Shown: positions 7,705 through 16,464 of the stretch, piece by piece
How the letters are laid out: every line of letters begins with the position of its first letter
Numbering within the stretch: the first letter of the stretch is position 1
Assembly (NCBI RefSeq): GCF_003214255.1
Contig: NZ_CP029011.1
Span: 120,001-152,000, forward strand
Source of the DNA: Candidatus Karelsulcia muelleri
GTDB lineage: Bacteria; Bacteroidota; Bacteroidia; Flavobacteriales; Blattabacteriaceae
Direction of reading: 5' to 3'
DNA length: 32,000 nt
Translations under genes and position numbers: made by a program
The notes under the pieces: generated by a model
Told to the model about the DNA's origin: nothing
The model's input: the letters and a program-made list of their open reading frames with translations, nothing else
Databases searched by the model: none

Positions 7705-10700
7705 AACTAAAAAAAGTATTAGTAATAGGATCAGGTGCCTTAAAAATAGGAGAAGCAGGAGAATTTGATTATTCTGGCACACAAGCTTTAAAAGCTCTGA
7801 AAGAAGAAAAGATATTTACAATATTAGTAAATCCTAATATAGCAACAGTTCAAACATCAGAAAAAATAGCTGATAAAATTTATTCATTACCTATTACACC
7901 TTTTTTTGTAGAAAAAATAATAGAAAAAGAAAAACCACAAGGAATATTTATTTCATTTGGTGGTCAAACAGCTTTAAATTGTGGAATTGAATTATTTAAA
8001 AATGGTGTTATGAAAAAAAACAATGTAAAAGTTTTAGGAACTCCTATATCATATATTATTAAAAGTGAAGATAGGGATATTTTTAGACAGATGTTAATTA
8101 AAAGAGGCATAAACATTGCTAAAAGTATAGCTGTAAATTCTATAGATGAGGCTATAAATGCATCTAAGGAAATCGGTTTTCCTTTGATAATTAGATCTGC
8201 TTATGCTCTTGGGGGCTTGGGCAGTGGATTTGCTAAAAATGTATATGAATTAAAAAAACTTTCAAGTGTAGCATTATCTTATTCTTATCAAATTCTTATA
8301 GAAGAATCCCTGAAAGGGTGGAAAGAAATTGAATATGAAGTTGTAAGAGATAGTTATGATAATTGTATTACTGTATGTAATATGGAAAATATAGATCCTA
8401 TAGGAATCCATACTGGAGATAGCATTGTAGTAGCTCCCTCTCAAACATTAAATAATCTAGAATATAATAAATTACGATCTATTTCTATAAAAATAGCTAG
8501 ATATTTTAATATAATAGGTGAATGTAATGTTCAATTTGCTTTGTCGAATAATTCAGAGAAATATAATGTGATTGAGATAAATGCTCGTTTATCAAGATCA
8601 AGTGCGTTAGCTTCTAAAGCAACAGGATATCCTTTAGCTTTTATAGCAGCTAAATTAGCATTAGGATATGGATTACATGAATTAAAAAATACTGTAACTA
8701 AATTAACATCTGCATTTTTTGAACCAGCTTTAGATTATATTGTTTGTAAAATTCCCCGTTGGGATTTAAAGAAATTTGAGGGTGTATCAACTAAAATTGG
8801 AAGTAGTATGAAAAGTGTAGGTGAGTTAATGTCTATAGGGGGGTCTTTTGAAGAAGCCTTCCAAAAAGGACTTAGAATGTTAGATCTAGGATTAGATGGG
8901 TTTATAAATCCATTAAAAAAAATAAAAAAGATAAAATCAGTAATAAAAATTTTAAAAGATCCTAAATATTCTAGAATAGAAGTTATTGAGGATGCATTTG
9001 AAAATGGATTATCAGTAGATAATATTACAAAACTTACCAAAATAAATCCTTGGTTTATTTCTAAATTAGAAAATTTATTTAAAACTAAAAAAAAAATAAA
9101 ATTTTTTGATAAAAAAAATCATATTCCATATGAATTATTATTTCAATCTAAAAAACAAGGATTTTCAGATAATCAAATTTCCGGACTTATATCTTCTTCA
9201 ATTAATGAAATACCGAAAATATCAAATGATATAAGAAAATATAGAAAAAAAAAAAAGATAATTCCCTTTACAAGGCAAATTGATACCTTAGCCTCTGAAT
9301 ATCCATCAAAAACTAATTATTTATATTTAACATATAATGGATCGAAACATGATGTTTCGTATTTTGAAAAAAAAAAATCAATTATAATTTTAGGATCAGG
9401 AGTATATAGAATTGGGAGTAGTGTTGAATTTGATTGGTGTTGTGTGAGTGGATTATCTTTTATAAAAAAAAAAGGATATCGTTCAGTAATAATAAATTAT
9501 AATCCAGAAACAGTAAGTACAGATTTTGATGTATGCGATAGATTATATTTTGAAGAACTTAGTTTAGAAAGAATATTAGATATAATAGAATTAGAAAATC
9601 CTTATGGAACTGTTATTTCTCTGGGTGGGCAAATTCCAAATAATTTATCATTAAATCTTTATAAAAAAAAAGTAAATATATTAGGTACTTCTCCAATTAA
9701 TATAGATGAAGTAGAAGATAGATTTAAATTTTCTAAATCTTTAGATAAATTAAAGATTTTTCAACCAAAATGGAAAGAATTAACTAATATTTATGATGTT
9801 TATAATTTTATAAATTTAGTAGGTTTTCCCATTATTATTAGACCTTCTTATGTTTTATCTGGAGCTGCTATGAAGATTGTTTTTGATAAAAAAAATTTAG
9901 ATTTTTTTTTAAAAAAAGCGATTACTATATCTCCTAAATATCCTATTGTAATAACAAAATTTATAGAATCTGCAAAAGAAATTGAATTAGATGCTGTTGC
10001 AAACAATGGAAAGATTATATATTCTGCTATTTCAGAACATATAGAATATGCAGGTGTTCATTCTGGAGATGCAACATTAGTATATCCTCCTCAAAATCTT
10101 TCATTAAAAACTATAAAAAAAATAAAAATTATTTCAAAGAAAATAGCTAAAAGATTTAAAATATCAGGTCCATTTAATATACAATTTTTATATAAAAAAA
10201 ACAAAATTAAAGTAATTGAATGTAATTTAAGAGCTTCAAGAAGTTTACCTTTTATCTCAAAAGTATCAAATTTTAATATTGTAGAATTAGCAATGAAAGT
10301 TCTTTTAAAGAAAAAAATTTGTTATAAAAAAATTCCTAATTTTTTAACAATTGATTATGTAGGGGTAAAAGCTTCACAATTTTCATTTTCTCGGCTTGAA
10401 GGTGCAGACCCAATTGTAGGTGTAGATATGGTTTCTACAGGAGAAGTAGGATGTTTAGGATATAATCTGAATGAAGCTATAATCAAATCTATGTTATCTG
10501 TTGGATATAATATTCCAAAAAAAAATATATTTTTTTATATAAATTCTCTGAAAGAGAGAAGATTAATGTTAAATTATATAAAATTATTAATTATAAATAA
10601 TTATAAAATTTATTGTAATAAAAAGACTTGGAAGTTTTTTTTAGAAAAAAAAATTGACTGTGAAAAAATTGATGAGATTAATATAATTGAAAAGATAAAA

Positions 10701-10892
10701 TCAAAAAAAATAGATCTTATCATTAATATTCCTTATAAAAACAAAAAGAAAAAAAATGATTATTTAATTCGACGTGCAGCTATAGATTTTAATGTTCCTT
10801 TATTAACTAATAAATGTTTAGCAAAAGTTTTTATAAAATCGTTTTGTGAAATAAAATCATTGAATATGATGGAGATTTCCTCCTGGAGGTAG
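7701..10892 (+). CDS. carB: Carbamoyl-phosphate synthase large subunit
   Basis: The 1063-aa product has two ATP-grasp halves (LIIRSAYALGGLGSG... and IIIRPSYVLSGAAM...), plus CNVQFAL and NARLSRSSALASKATGYPLA. Its start forms an ATGA junction with the carA stop (7701-7704). Confidence 0.95.
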   Translation: MKLKKVLVIGSGALKIGEAGEFDYSGTQALKALKEEKIFTILVNPNIATVQTSEKIADKIYSLPITPFFVEKIIEKEKPQGIFISFGGQTALNCGIELFKNGVMKKNNVKVLGTPISYIIKSEDRDIFRQMLIKRGINIAKSIAVNSIDEAINASKEIGFPLIIRSAYALGGLGSGFAKNVYELKKLSSVALSYSYQILIEESLKGWKEIEYEVVRDSYDNCITVCNMENIDPIGIHTGDSIVVAPSQTLNNLEYNKLRSISIKIARYFNIIGECNVQFALSNNSEKYNVIEINARLSRSSALASKATGYPLAFIAAKLALGYGLHELKNTVTKLTSAFFEPALDYIVCKIPRWDLKKFEGVSTKIGSSMKSVGELMSIGGSFEEAFQKGLRMLDLGLDGFINPLKKIKKIKSVIKILKDPKYSRIEVIEDAFENGLSVDNITKLTKINPWFISKLENLFKTKKKIKFFDKKNHIPYELLFQSKKQGFSDNQISGLISSSINEIPKISNDIRKYRKKKKIIPFTRQIDTLASEYPSKTNYLYLTYNGSKHDVSYFEKKKSIIILGSGVYRIGSSVEFDWCCVSGLSFIKKKGYRSVIINYNPETVSTDFDVCDRLYFEELSLERILDIIELENPYGTVISLGGQIPNNLSLNLYKKKVNILGTSPINIDEVEDRFKFSKSLDKLKIFQPKWKELTNIYDVYNFINLVGFPIIIRPSYVLSGAAMKIVFDKKNLDFFLKKAITISPKYPIVITKFIESAKEIELDAVANNGKIIYSAISEHIEYAGVHSGDATLVYPPQNLSLKTIKKIKIISKKIAKRFKISGPFNIQFLYKKNKIKVIECNLRASRSLPFISKVSNFNIVELAMKVLLKKKICYKKIPNFLTIDYVGVKASQFSFSRLEGADPIVGVDMVSTGEVGCLGYNLNEAIIKSMLSVGYNIPKKNIFFYINSLKERRLMLNYIKLLIINNYKIYCNKKTWKFFLEKKIDCEKIDEINIIEKIKSKKIDLIINIPYKNKKKKNDYLIRRAAIDFNVPLLTNKCLAKVFIKSFCEIKSLNMMEISSWR

Positions 10893-10906
10893 AATTTAAA
10901 TATGAT

Positions 10907-11845
10907 ATGAAACAATTTATTAGTGTAAATGATGTAAAAAATGTTAAAACCCTTATATTGAAAGCTATAAAATTAAAAAAAAATCCTTTTTTTTACAAAA
11001 AAAATAAAACTATTGGATTAGTATTTTTTAACCCGAGTTTAAGAACACGTATAAGTAGTCAAAAAGCTGCTTTTAATTTAGGTTGTAAAACTTGGATTTT
11101 AAATATAAATTCCGATTCTTGGAAAATAGAGACATCTGATGGTTCAGTTATGAATTCTACCCAAGAACATCTTAAAGAAGCTATAGGTGTAATGAGTTTA
11201 TATTGTGATCTTTTAGCAGTAAGAACCTTTCCAGGTCTTTTGGAGAAAGAATATGATTATAAAGAAATTTTACTAAAAAAAATAATAAAATATTCCAAAG
11301 TACCAGTAGTTAATCTTGAAAGTGCCACTTTACATCCTTTACAATCATTAGCCGATTTAATAACAATTGAAGAGTTTAAAACTAAAAAAACTATAAAAAT
11401 AGTTTTAAGTTGGGCACCTCATATAAAAGCATTGCCTCAATCAGTTCCAAATTCTTTTATAGAATGGGTAAAAAAAATGAAAGATATAAAATTATATATT
11501 ACTAATCCAGATGGATATAATTTAAATAGTGATTTGACTTTTGGAATAAAATTGATACCTAATCAAAAGGAAGCATTTAAAAATGCAGATTTTATCTATG
11601 CCAAAAATTGGAGTAGTTATGAGAACTATGGAAAAAGAATTTTTAAGGATTTATCTTGGACTATTACAAAAGAAAAAATGCAATTAACGAATCAAGCAAA
11701 ATTTATGCACTGTTTACCAGTAAGAAGAAATTTAGTAGTAGAAGATTCTGTATTAGATGATAAAAACTCGATTTTTTTAAATCAAGCCGAAAATAGAATT
11801 TTTGCTACACAAATAGTGTTTTTAGAAATTTTAGAAAATATATGA
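10907..11845 (+). CDS. argF: N-acyl-L-ornithine carbamoyltransferase (ArgF', of the N-succinyl/N-acetylornithine transcarbamylase type)
   Basis: Transcarbamylase motifs are present: SLRTR (carbamoyl-phosphate binding), HPLQ and HCLPVRRN. As I recall it, the overall sequence closely resembles the Bacteroides/Xanthomonas ArgF' family rather than classical OTCase (no DxxxSMG ornithine loop is seen). Confidence 0.8.
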   Translation: MKQFISVNDVKNVKTLILKAIKLKKNPFFYKKNKTIGLVFFNPSLRTRISSQKAAFNLGCKTWILNINSDSWKIETSDGSVMNSTQEHLKEAIGVMSLYCDLLAVRTFPGLLEKEYDYKEILLKKIIKYSKVPVVNLESATLHPLQSLADLITIEEFKTKKTIKIVLSWAPHIKALPQSVPNSFIEWVKKMKDIKLYITNPDGYNLNSDLTFGIKLIPNQKEAFKNADFIYAKNWSSYENYGKRIFKDLSWTITKEKMQLTNQAKFMHCLPVRRNLVVEDSVLDDKNSIFLNQAENRIFATQIVFLEILENI

Positions 11846-12618
11846 TTAATGTTGTTAAACTAGGGGGAGATATTATTTTTAATAAAAAATTATTAATTTC
11901 TTCTTTAAAGAATTTTTCTAAATTAGATGGATATAAAATTATAGTCCATGGAGGAGGCAAAATAGCAGATTTGGTTTCTAACAAAATGGGATATAATATT
12001 AAAATTATAAATGGAAGACGGATTACAGATAAAACAACATTAGAAATAGTAGTAATGACATATTCTGGTCTTATAAATAAAAAAATAGTTTCAAAATTAC
12101 AAAGTCTAGGATTAAATCCTATAGGATTTTCTGGAGCGGATGGAAATTTAGTGAAATCATATAAAAGATCTATTAAAAAGATAGATTATGGGAATGTTGG
12201 TAATTTGACTATTAATAGTATTAATACGGATTTAATTAAATCTCTGTTTAGAATAGGAATCATTCCTGTTTTATCTCCTATTACTCATGATGGAAATGGA
12301 AATCTATTAAATACAAATGCAGATACTATTGCTTCTTATTTATCTATCTCTTTATCAAAAACTTATAAAGTAATTTTATCATATTGTTTTAATAAACTTG
12401 GTGTTTTAAAGAATTTAAAGGATGAGAACTCTTCTTATTATAAGATAGAAGAAACTTTCTTTCAAAAATTAAAAAATAAAAAGATTATAAATAAAGGTAT
12501 GATTCCTAAATTAGAAAATGCTTTTTATGCATTAAAAAATGGAGTTTCCAAAGTAACAATATCTCATCCTAATTATTTAAATCATCCTACCAAAAAAACT
12601 ATTCTATGTCTGGGATAA
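11842..12618 (+). CDS. argB: N-acyl-glutamate kinase
   Basis: Amino-acid kinase family motifs VVKLGG, IIVHGGG and NTNADT are present. Its start forms an ATGA junction with the argF' stop. Confidence 0.88.
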   Translation: MINVVKLGGDIIFNKKLLISSLKNFSKLDGYKIIVHGGGKIADLVSNKMGYNIKIINGRRITDKTTLEIVVMTYSGLINKKIVSKLQSLGLNPIGFSGADGNLVKSYKRSIKKIDYGNVGNLTINSINTDLIKSLFRIGIIPVLSPITHDGNGNLLNTNADTIASYLSISLSKTYKVILSYCFNKLGVLKNLKDENSSYYKIEETFFQKLKNKKIINKGMIPKLENAFYALKNGVSKVTISHPNYLNHPTKKTILCLG

Positions 12619-13679
12619 ATTTACATAAATTAAAAAAAGAATGTATTCAGTTATTAAAAAAACTTATTAATACACCTTCTATATCAAAAGAAGAACAAAA
12701 AACTGCAGAAATCATAGAATTTTTTTTTATAAAATATAATTTATTTCCAAAAAGAAAATATAATAATATTTGGATTGAAAATAATAATTATGAGAATGAT
12801 AAATATACAATATTATTAAATTCTCATCATGATACTATTCAACCATCTTATGGATGGAAGACCGATCCATTTCTAGCTAAAGAAGATGGAAATAAAATTA
12901 TTGGATTAGGAAGTAATGATGCAGGAGGTTCTGTTGTTTCATTGATTGCAACTTTTATTTATATTAATAGTTTACCAAAATTTAAATATAAACTTATACT
13001 TCTTATAAGTGCTGAAGAAGAAATTAGGGCAACAAGAGGAGTAGAAAGCATATTATGTTATTTAGGAAAAATAAATTTAGGCATAATAGGAGAACCTACA
13101 AAAATGCAGCTGGCCATAGCTGAAAAAGGATTAATTGTTTTAGATTGTTTATCTATTGGACAAACTGGACATGCCGCCAGAGATGAAGGAATAAACGCTT
13201 TATATATTGCAATAAATGACATAAGATGGTTAAAAAATTATATTTTTGAAAACAAATCAGATATATTGGGCAATATAAAATTAACAGTAACAAAAATCCA
13301 ATGTGGGATCCAAAGAAATGTTATACCAGATACTTGTTATTTTACTGTTGATATTAGAACTAATGAAATATATTCTCAGGAAGAAATTTTATATAGAATA
13401 AAAAAAAATATATATTCTAAGATATTATCAAGTTCATATAGACTTAAATCCTCTTCTATAGATCCTAATCATAAAATTGTAAATCTAGCTAAAAGGCTTA
13501 ATATAAAAATATTTGGGTCCCCTACTTTATCTGATCAAAGTGTAATGAATTTTCCTACCGTAAAAATAGGAGTTGGGGATAGTTCTCGTTCTCATACTCC
13601 TAATGAGTATATTCTTTTATCAGAAATAGAATCTGGAATTGATTTATATCTAAAATTATTACTTAATTGGGTCTGGTAG
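12606..13679 (+). CDS. argE: M20-family deacylase (ArgE-like acetylornithine deacetylase, or N-succinylcitrulline desuccinylase)
   Basis: M20 metal-ligand motifs are present: LNSHHDT, GSNDAGGS and SAEEE. It is the last gene of the arg cluster. Its last 10 nt, including the TAG stop, lie inside tRNA-Asp. Confidence 0.8.
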   Translation: MSGINLHKLKKECIQLLKKLINTPSISKEEQKTAEIIEFFFIKYNLFPKRKYNNIWIENNNYENDKYTILLNSHHDTIQPSYGWKTDPFLAKEDGNKIIGLGSNDAGGSVVSLIATFIYINSLPKFKYKLILLISAEEEIRATRGVESILCYLGKINLGIIGEPTKMQLAIAEKGLIVLDCLSIGQTGHAARDEGINALYIAINDIRWLKNYIFENKSDILGNIKLTVTKIQCGIQRNVIPDTCYFTVDIRTNEIYSQEEILYRIKKNIYSKILSSSYRLKSSSIDPNHKIVNLAKRLNIKIFGSPTLSDQSVMNFPTVKIGVGDSSRSHTPNEYILLSEIESGIDLYLKLLLNWVW

Positions 13680-13743
13680 TTCAGATGGTTAGAATACGTG
13701 CCTGTCACGCACGAGGTCACGGGTTCGAGTCCCGTCCAGACCG
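13670..13743 (+). tRNA. tRNA-Asp (anticodon GTC)
   Basis: Hand-folded cloverleaf of 74 nt: acceptor GGTCTGG/CCAGACC, D arm GTTC-AGATGGTTA-GAAT, anticodon arm CGTGC-CTGTCAC-GCACG, T arm ACGGG-TTCGAGT-CCCGT, discriminator G. No CCA is encoded. Confidence 0.93.
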
Positions 13744-13751
13744 CTCGCTAC

Positions 13752-13796
13752 TTATTTTATTTTATTTTATTTTATTTTATTTTATTTTATTTTATT
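13752..13796. repeat. Perfect pentanucleotide microsatellite (TTATT)9
   Basis: Nine uninterrupted TTATT units fill nearly all of the 55-nt spacer between the 3' ends of the convergent tRNA-Asp and tRNA-Lys. Confidence 0.96.
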
Positions 13797-13798
13797 TG

Positions 13799-13871
13799 TG
13801 ACCTGGCTGGGGATCGAACCCAGGACCCTTACATTAAAAGTGTAATGCTCTACCAACTGAGCTACCAAGTC
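13799..13871 (-). tRNA. tRNA-Lys (anticodon TTT)
   Basis: The reverse complement folds as a 73-nt cloverleaf: GACTTGG-TA-GCTC-AGTTGGTA-GAGC-A-TTACA-CTTTTAA-TGTAA-GGGTC-CTGGG-TTCGATC-CCCAG-CCAGGTC-A. No CCA is encoded. Confidence 0.93.
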
Positions 13872-13919
13872 ATTATATAGATAAATATACTATCATTTTT
13901 TTATGAAAACAAATAAATT

Positions 13920-14435
13920 TTGAAAATTATTCTAATAGGATATATGGGGTCTGGAAAGACAACTATAGGCAAAACATTAGCTTTTAATTTAAATCAGAAA
14001 TTTTACGATTTAGATAATAAAATTATAGATTATACTAAAGAAAGTATTTCTGAGCTATTTGAACTATATGGTGAAAAAAAATTCAGAAAATTAGAATATA
14101 ATATATTCTATAATTTTTTAAAAAAAAAAAAATCTTATATTTTATCAGTCGGAGGGGGTACTCCTTGTTATCAGAACAACATTTTGTTAATGAAAAAATA
14201 TTCAAAAATTGTTTATTTAAAGGCTGAAATTAATACGTTATTTTACCGTCTTTTAAAAGAAAAAGAAAATAGACCTTTAATATCAAAATTATCTAATAAT
14301 GATTTATATAATTTTATTGGTGATTCTTTGAATAAAAGATTGTGTTTTTATAAAAAAGCTGATTATACAATAGATATAGATAAAAAATCGATTTTAGATA
14401 TCGTTAAAGAAATAATATCGTTTTATGTTTTATAA
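13920..14435 (+). CDS. aroK: Shikimate kinase
   Basis: The N-terminus MKIILIGYMGSGKTTIGKTLA contains a Walker A motif, and the size is typical of AroK. The start is TTG at 13920, and there is no upstream in-frame ATG (the upstream ATG at 13903 is in another frame and stops at once). Confidence 0.85.
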   Translation: MKIILIGYMGSGKTTIGKTLAFNLNQKFYDLDNKIIDYTKESISELFELYGEKKFRKLEYNIFYNFLKKKKSYILSVGGGTPCYQNNILLMKKYSKIVYLKAEINTLFYRLLKEKENRPLISKLSNNDLYNFIGDSLNKRLCFYKKADYTIDIDKKSILDIVKEIISFYVL

Positions 14436-15735
14436 AAAAAAATTTTTAAATTGTTTAAAAAAACATTTTATTTTAAAAAATAAAAAAATTTATGTAGCAG
14501 TTAGTTCTGGATTAGATAGTATGGTGATGTTAGATCTTCTTTTTAAAAGTTGTAATAACCCAATTGGGGTGATACATTGTAATTTTAACCTAAGAGGAGA
14601 TGATTCGGATAAAGATGAATTTTTTATACAAGAATTTTGTTTAAAAAATAATTTAAATTTTAAATCTAAAAATTTTAATACTCCTACCATTAAAAAAAAA
14701 TTTTCAATACAAATGATTGCTAGAAAATTGAGATATGATTGGTTTAAATTTTTATTAAATAATTCATATTGTGATTATATCGCTTTAGGGCATCATTTAG
14801 ATGATTCAATAGAAACTTTTTTTATTAATATTATTAGAGGAACTGGGATTAAAGGATTAATAGGAATAAATAATTTTAAAAAAAATATTATTAGACCTTT
14901 ATTTTTGTTTTCTAAAAAAGAAATTAGATCATATGCAAAAGAAAATAATATTCACTGGCGTGAAGATATTAGTAATAATGATTTGAAATATTTAAGAAAT
15001 AAAATTAGATTTTTTTTAAAACCAATTTTAAATTATAAATTTTATAATGGATTTAAAAAATCGATAAAATATTTATCTGATGAATATATTTGTTCATCCC
15101 ATCATATGGATTATATTTATAATTATATTATAATTGAAAAAAAAAAATGTCCTTTTTTAGTTAAAATAGATTTAAAAAAATTAATAAGATTATATCCACT
15201 TTCAACCTATCTTTTTAAGATATTTTATAAATATGGATTTAAAAATCCAAAAAATTTAAAAAATATTTTAAATTCTAAATCAGGAAAAAAAATTTTTTCA
15301 AAAAAATTTTGTCTGATAAAAGACAGAACTACTTTTCTTTTAGTAGAAAAAAGTTTTTTTTTATTAAAAAAAATATATTATTTACATAATTTAAATACAA
15401 TTAAAAATCCTTTTTTTATATCATTTTTAATTTCTGATAAAAAAAAAAAAAATTACTATACATATATAGATTATGAAAAATTAATTTTTCCATTAAAAAT
15501 AAGAAATTGGGAAAAAGGGGATAAATTCAATCCAATTGGATTAAAAGGAATTAAAAAATTAAGTAAATATTTTAAAGATAAAAAAATGTCTCTTGTGGAA
15601 AAAAAAAATATTTGGGTTCTTCTTAATGGAGATAACAAAATTATTTGGATAATCTCTGATCGTTTAGATCAGCATTTTAAAGTCACAAATTTAACAAAAA
15701 AAGTTTTAAATATAAATTTACATAATTTTTTTTAA
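14425..15735 (+). CDS. tilS: tRNA(Ile)-lysidine synthase
   Basis: The PP-loop motif VAVSSGLDSMVMLDL is near the N-terminus, followed by LGHHLDD. It overlaps aroK by 11 nt, and its 3' end overlaps the convergent trpA by 18 nt. Confidence 0.85.
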   Translation: MFYKKKFLNCLKKHFILKNKKIYVAVSSGLDSMVMLDLLFKSCNNPIGVIHCNFNLRGDDSDKDEFFIQEFCLKNNLNFKSKNFNTPTIKKKFSIQMIARKLRYDWFKFLLNNSYCDYIALGHHLDDSIETFFINIIRGTGIKGLIGINNFKKNIIRPLFLFSKKEIRSYAKENNIHWREDISNNDLKYLRNKIRFFLKPILNYKFYNGFKKSIKYLSDEYICSSHHMDYIYNYIIIEKKKCPFLVKIDLKKLIRLYPLSTYLFKIFYKYGFKNPKNLKNILNSKSGKKIFSKKFCLIKDRTTFLLVEKSFFLLKKIYYLHNLNTIKNPFFISFLISDKKKKNYYTYIDYEKLIFPLKIRNWEKGDKFNPIGLKGIKKLSKYFKDKKMSLVEKKNIWVLLNGDNKIIWIISDRLDQHFKVTNLTKKVLNINLHNFF

Positions 15736-16464
15736 AAAATTTTCTATACTTTCTTCTAAAGAACTTTTTTTAAGAGCTTTTATAAAAGCACTTCCAATAA
15801 TAGCACCTTCTGCATATTTATATGCTATATTTAATGATTTTTTATCACGGATTCCAAATCCAATAAGTTTCGGAACTTTGAGTTTCAGGTTTTTTATACT
15901 CTCTAAAAAAGATAAATTTATATTATTTTTTCTACCTGTAGTAGAATTAGATGAAACTATATATAAAAAATAATCAGAATTCCTACTTAACAGTAGAATC
16001 CGTTTTAATGATGTTTGAGGAGTTATTAAAAATATAAATGCAATATTATATATTTTAAATAATTTTCTATATTTCTCTATGTAAATTTTTGGAGGTAAGT
16101 CTGGTAAAATTAATCCCGATACCCCAGATTCTATACAATTTTCTAAAAATTTTTTTTCGCCATATTTTATAAATTGATTATAATATCCCATTAAAATTAT
16201 AGGAATTTTTATTTTTATATTTTTTAGTTGGGAAAATAAAACCGATATATTCATACCTTGTTTTAAAGATGAGGTATTACTTTCTTGGATTATTTTTCCA
16301 TCTGCTAATGGATCAGAATATGGAATTCCAATTTCTACTATATCTATATTTAGATTCTGTAATTTTTTTATTATAAGTGGCATACTCTCTAAATCGGGAT
16401 ATCCAGCAGTTATATATATATTTAATATATTTTTTTTCAAAAAAATTTTTTGAATTTTATTCAT
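15718..16464 (-). CDS. trpA: Tryptophan synthase alpha subunit
   Basis: Motifs are YITAGYPDLE, EIGIPYSDPLADG and GFGI. Its start forms an ATGA junction with the trpB stop (16461-16464). Confidence 0.93.
   Translation of the reverse strand: MNKIQKIFLKKNILNIYITAGYPDLESMPLIIKKLQNLNIDIVEIGIPYSDPLADGKIIQESNTSSLKQGMNISVLFSQLKNIKIKIPIILMGYYNQFIKYGEKKFLENCIESGVSGLILPDLPPKIYIEKYRKLFKIYNIAFIFLITPQTSLKRILLLSRNSDYFLYIVSSNSTTGRKNNINLSFLESIKNLKLKVPKLIGFGIRDKKSLNIAYKYAEGAIIGSAFIKALKKSSLEESIENFLKKIM

Noticed and set aside
13698-13880. 60-aa ORF on the + strand (MPVTHEVTGSSPVQTARYLFYFILFYFILFYFI...)
   Set aside because: It is read straight through the 3' half of tRNA-Asp, the (TTATT)9 microsatellite (giving the FYFIL repeats) and the antisense of tRNA-Lys. 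It is an ORF-caller artefact, not a gene.
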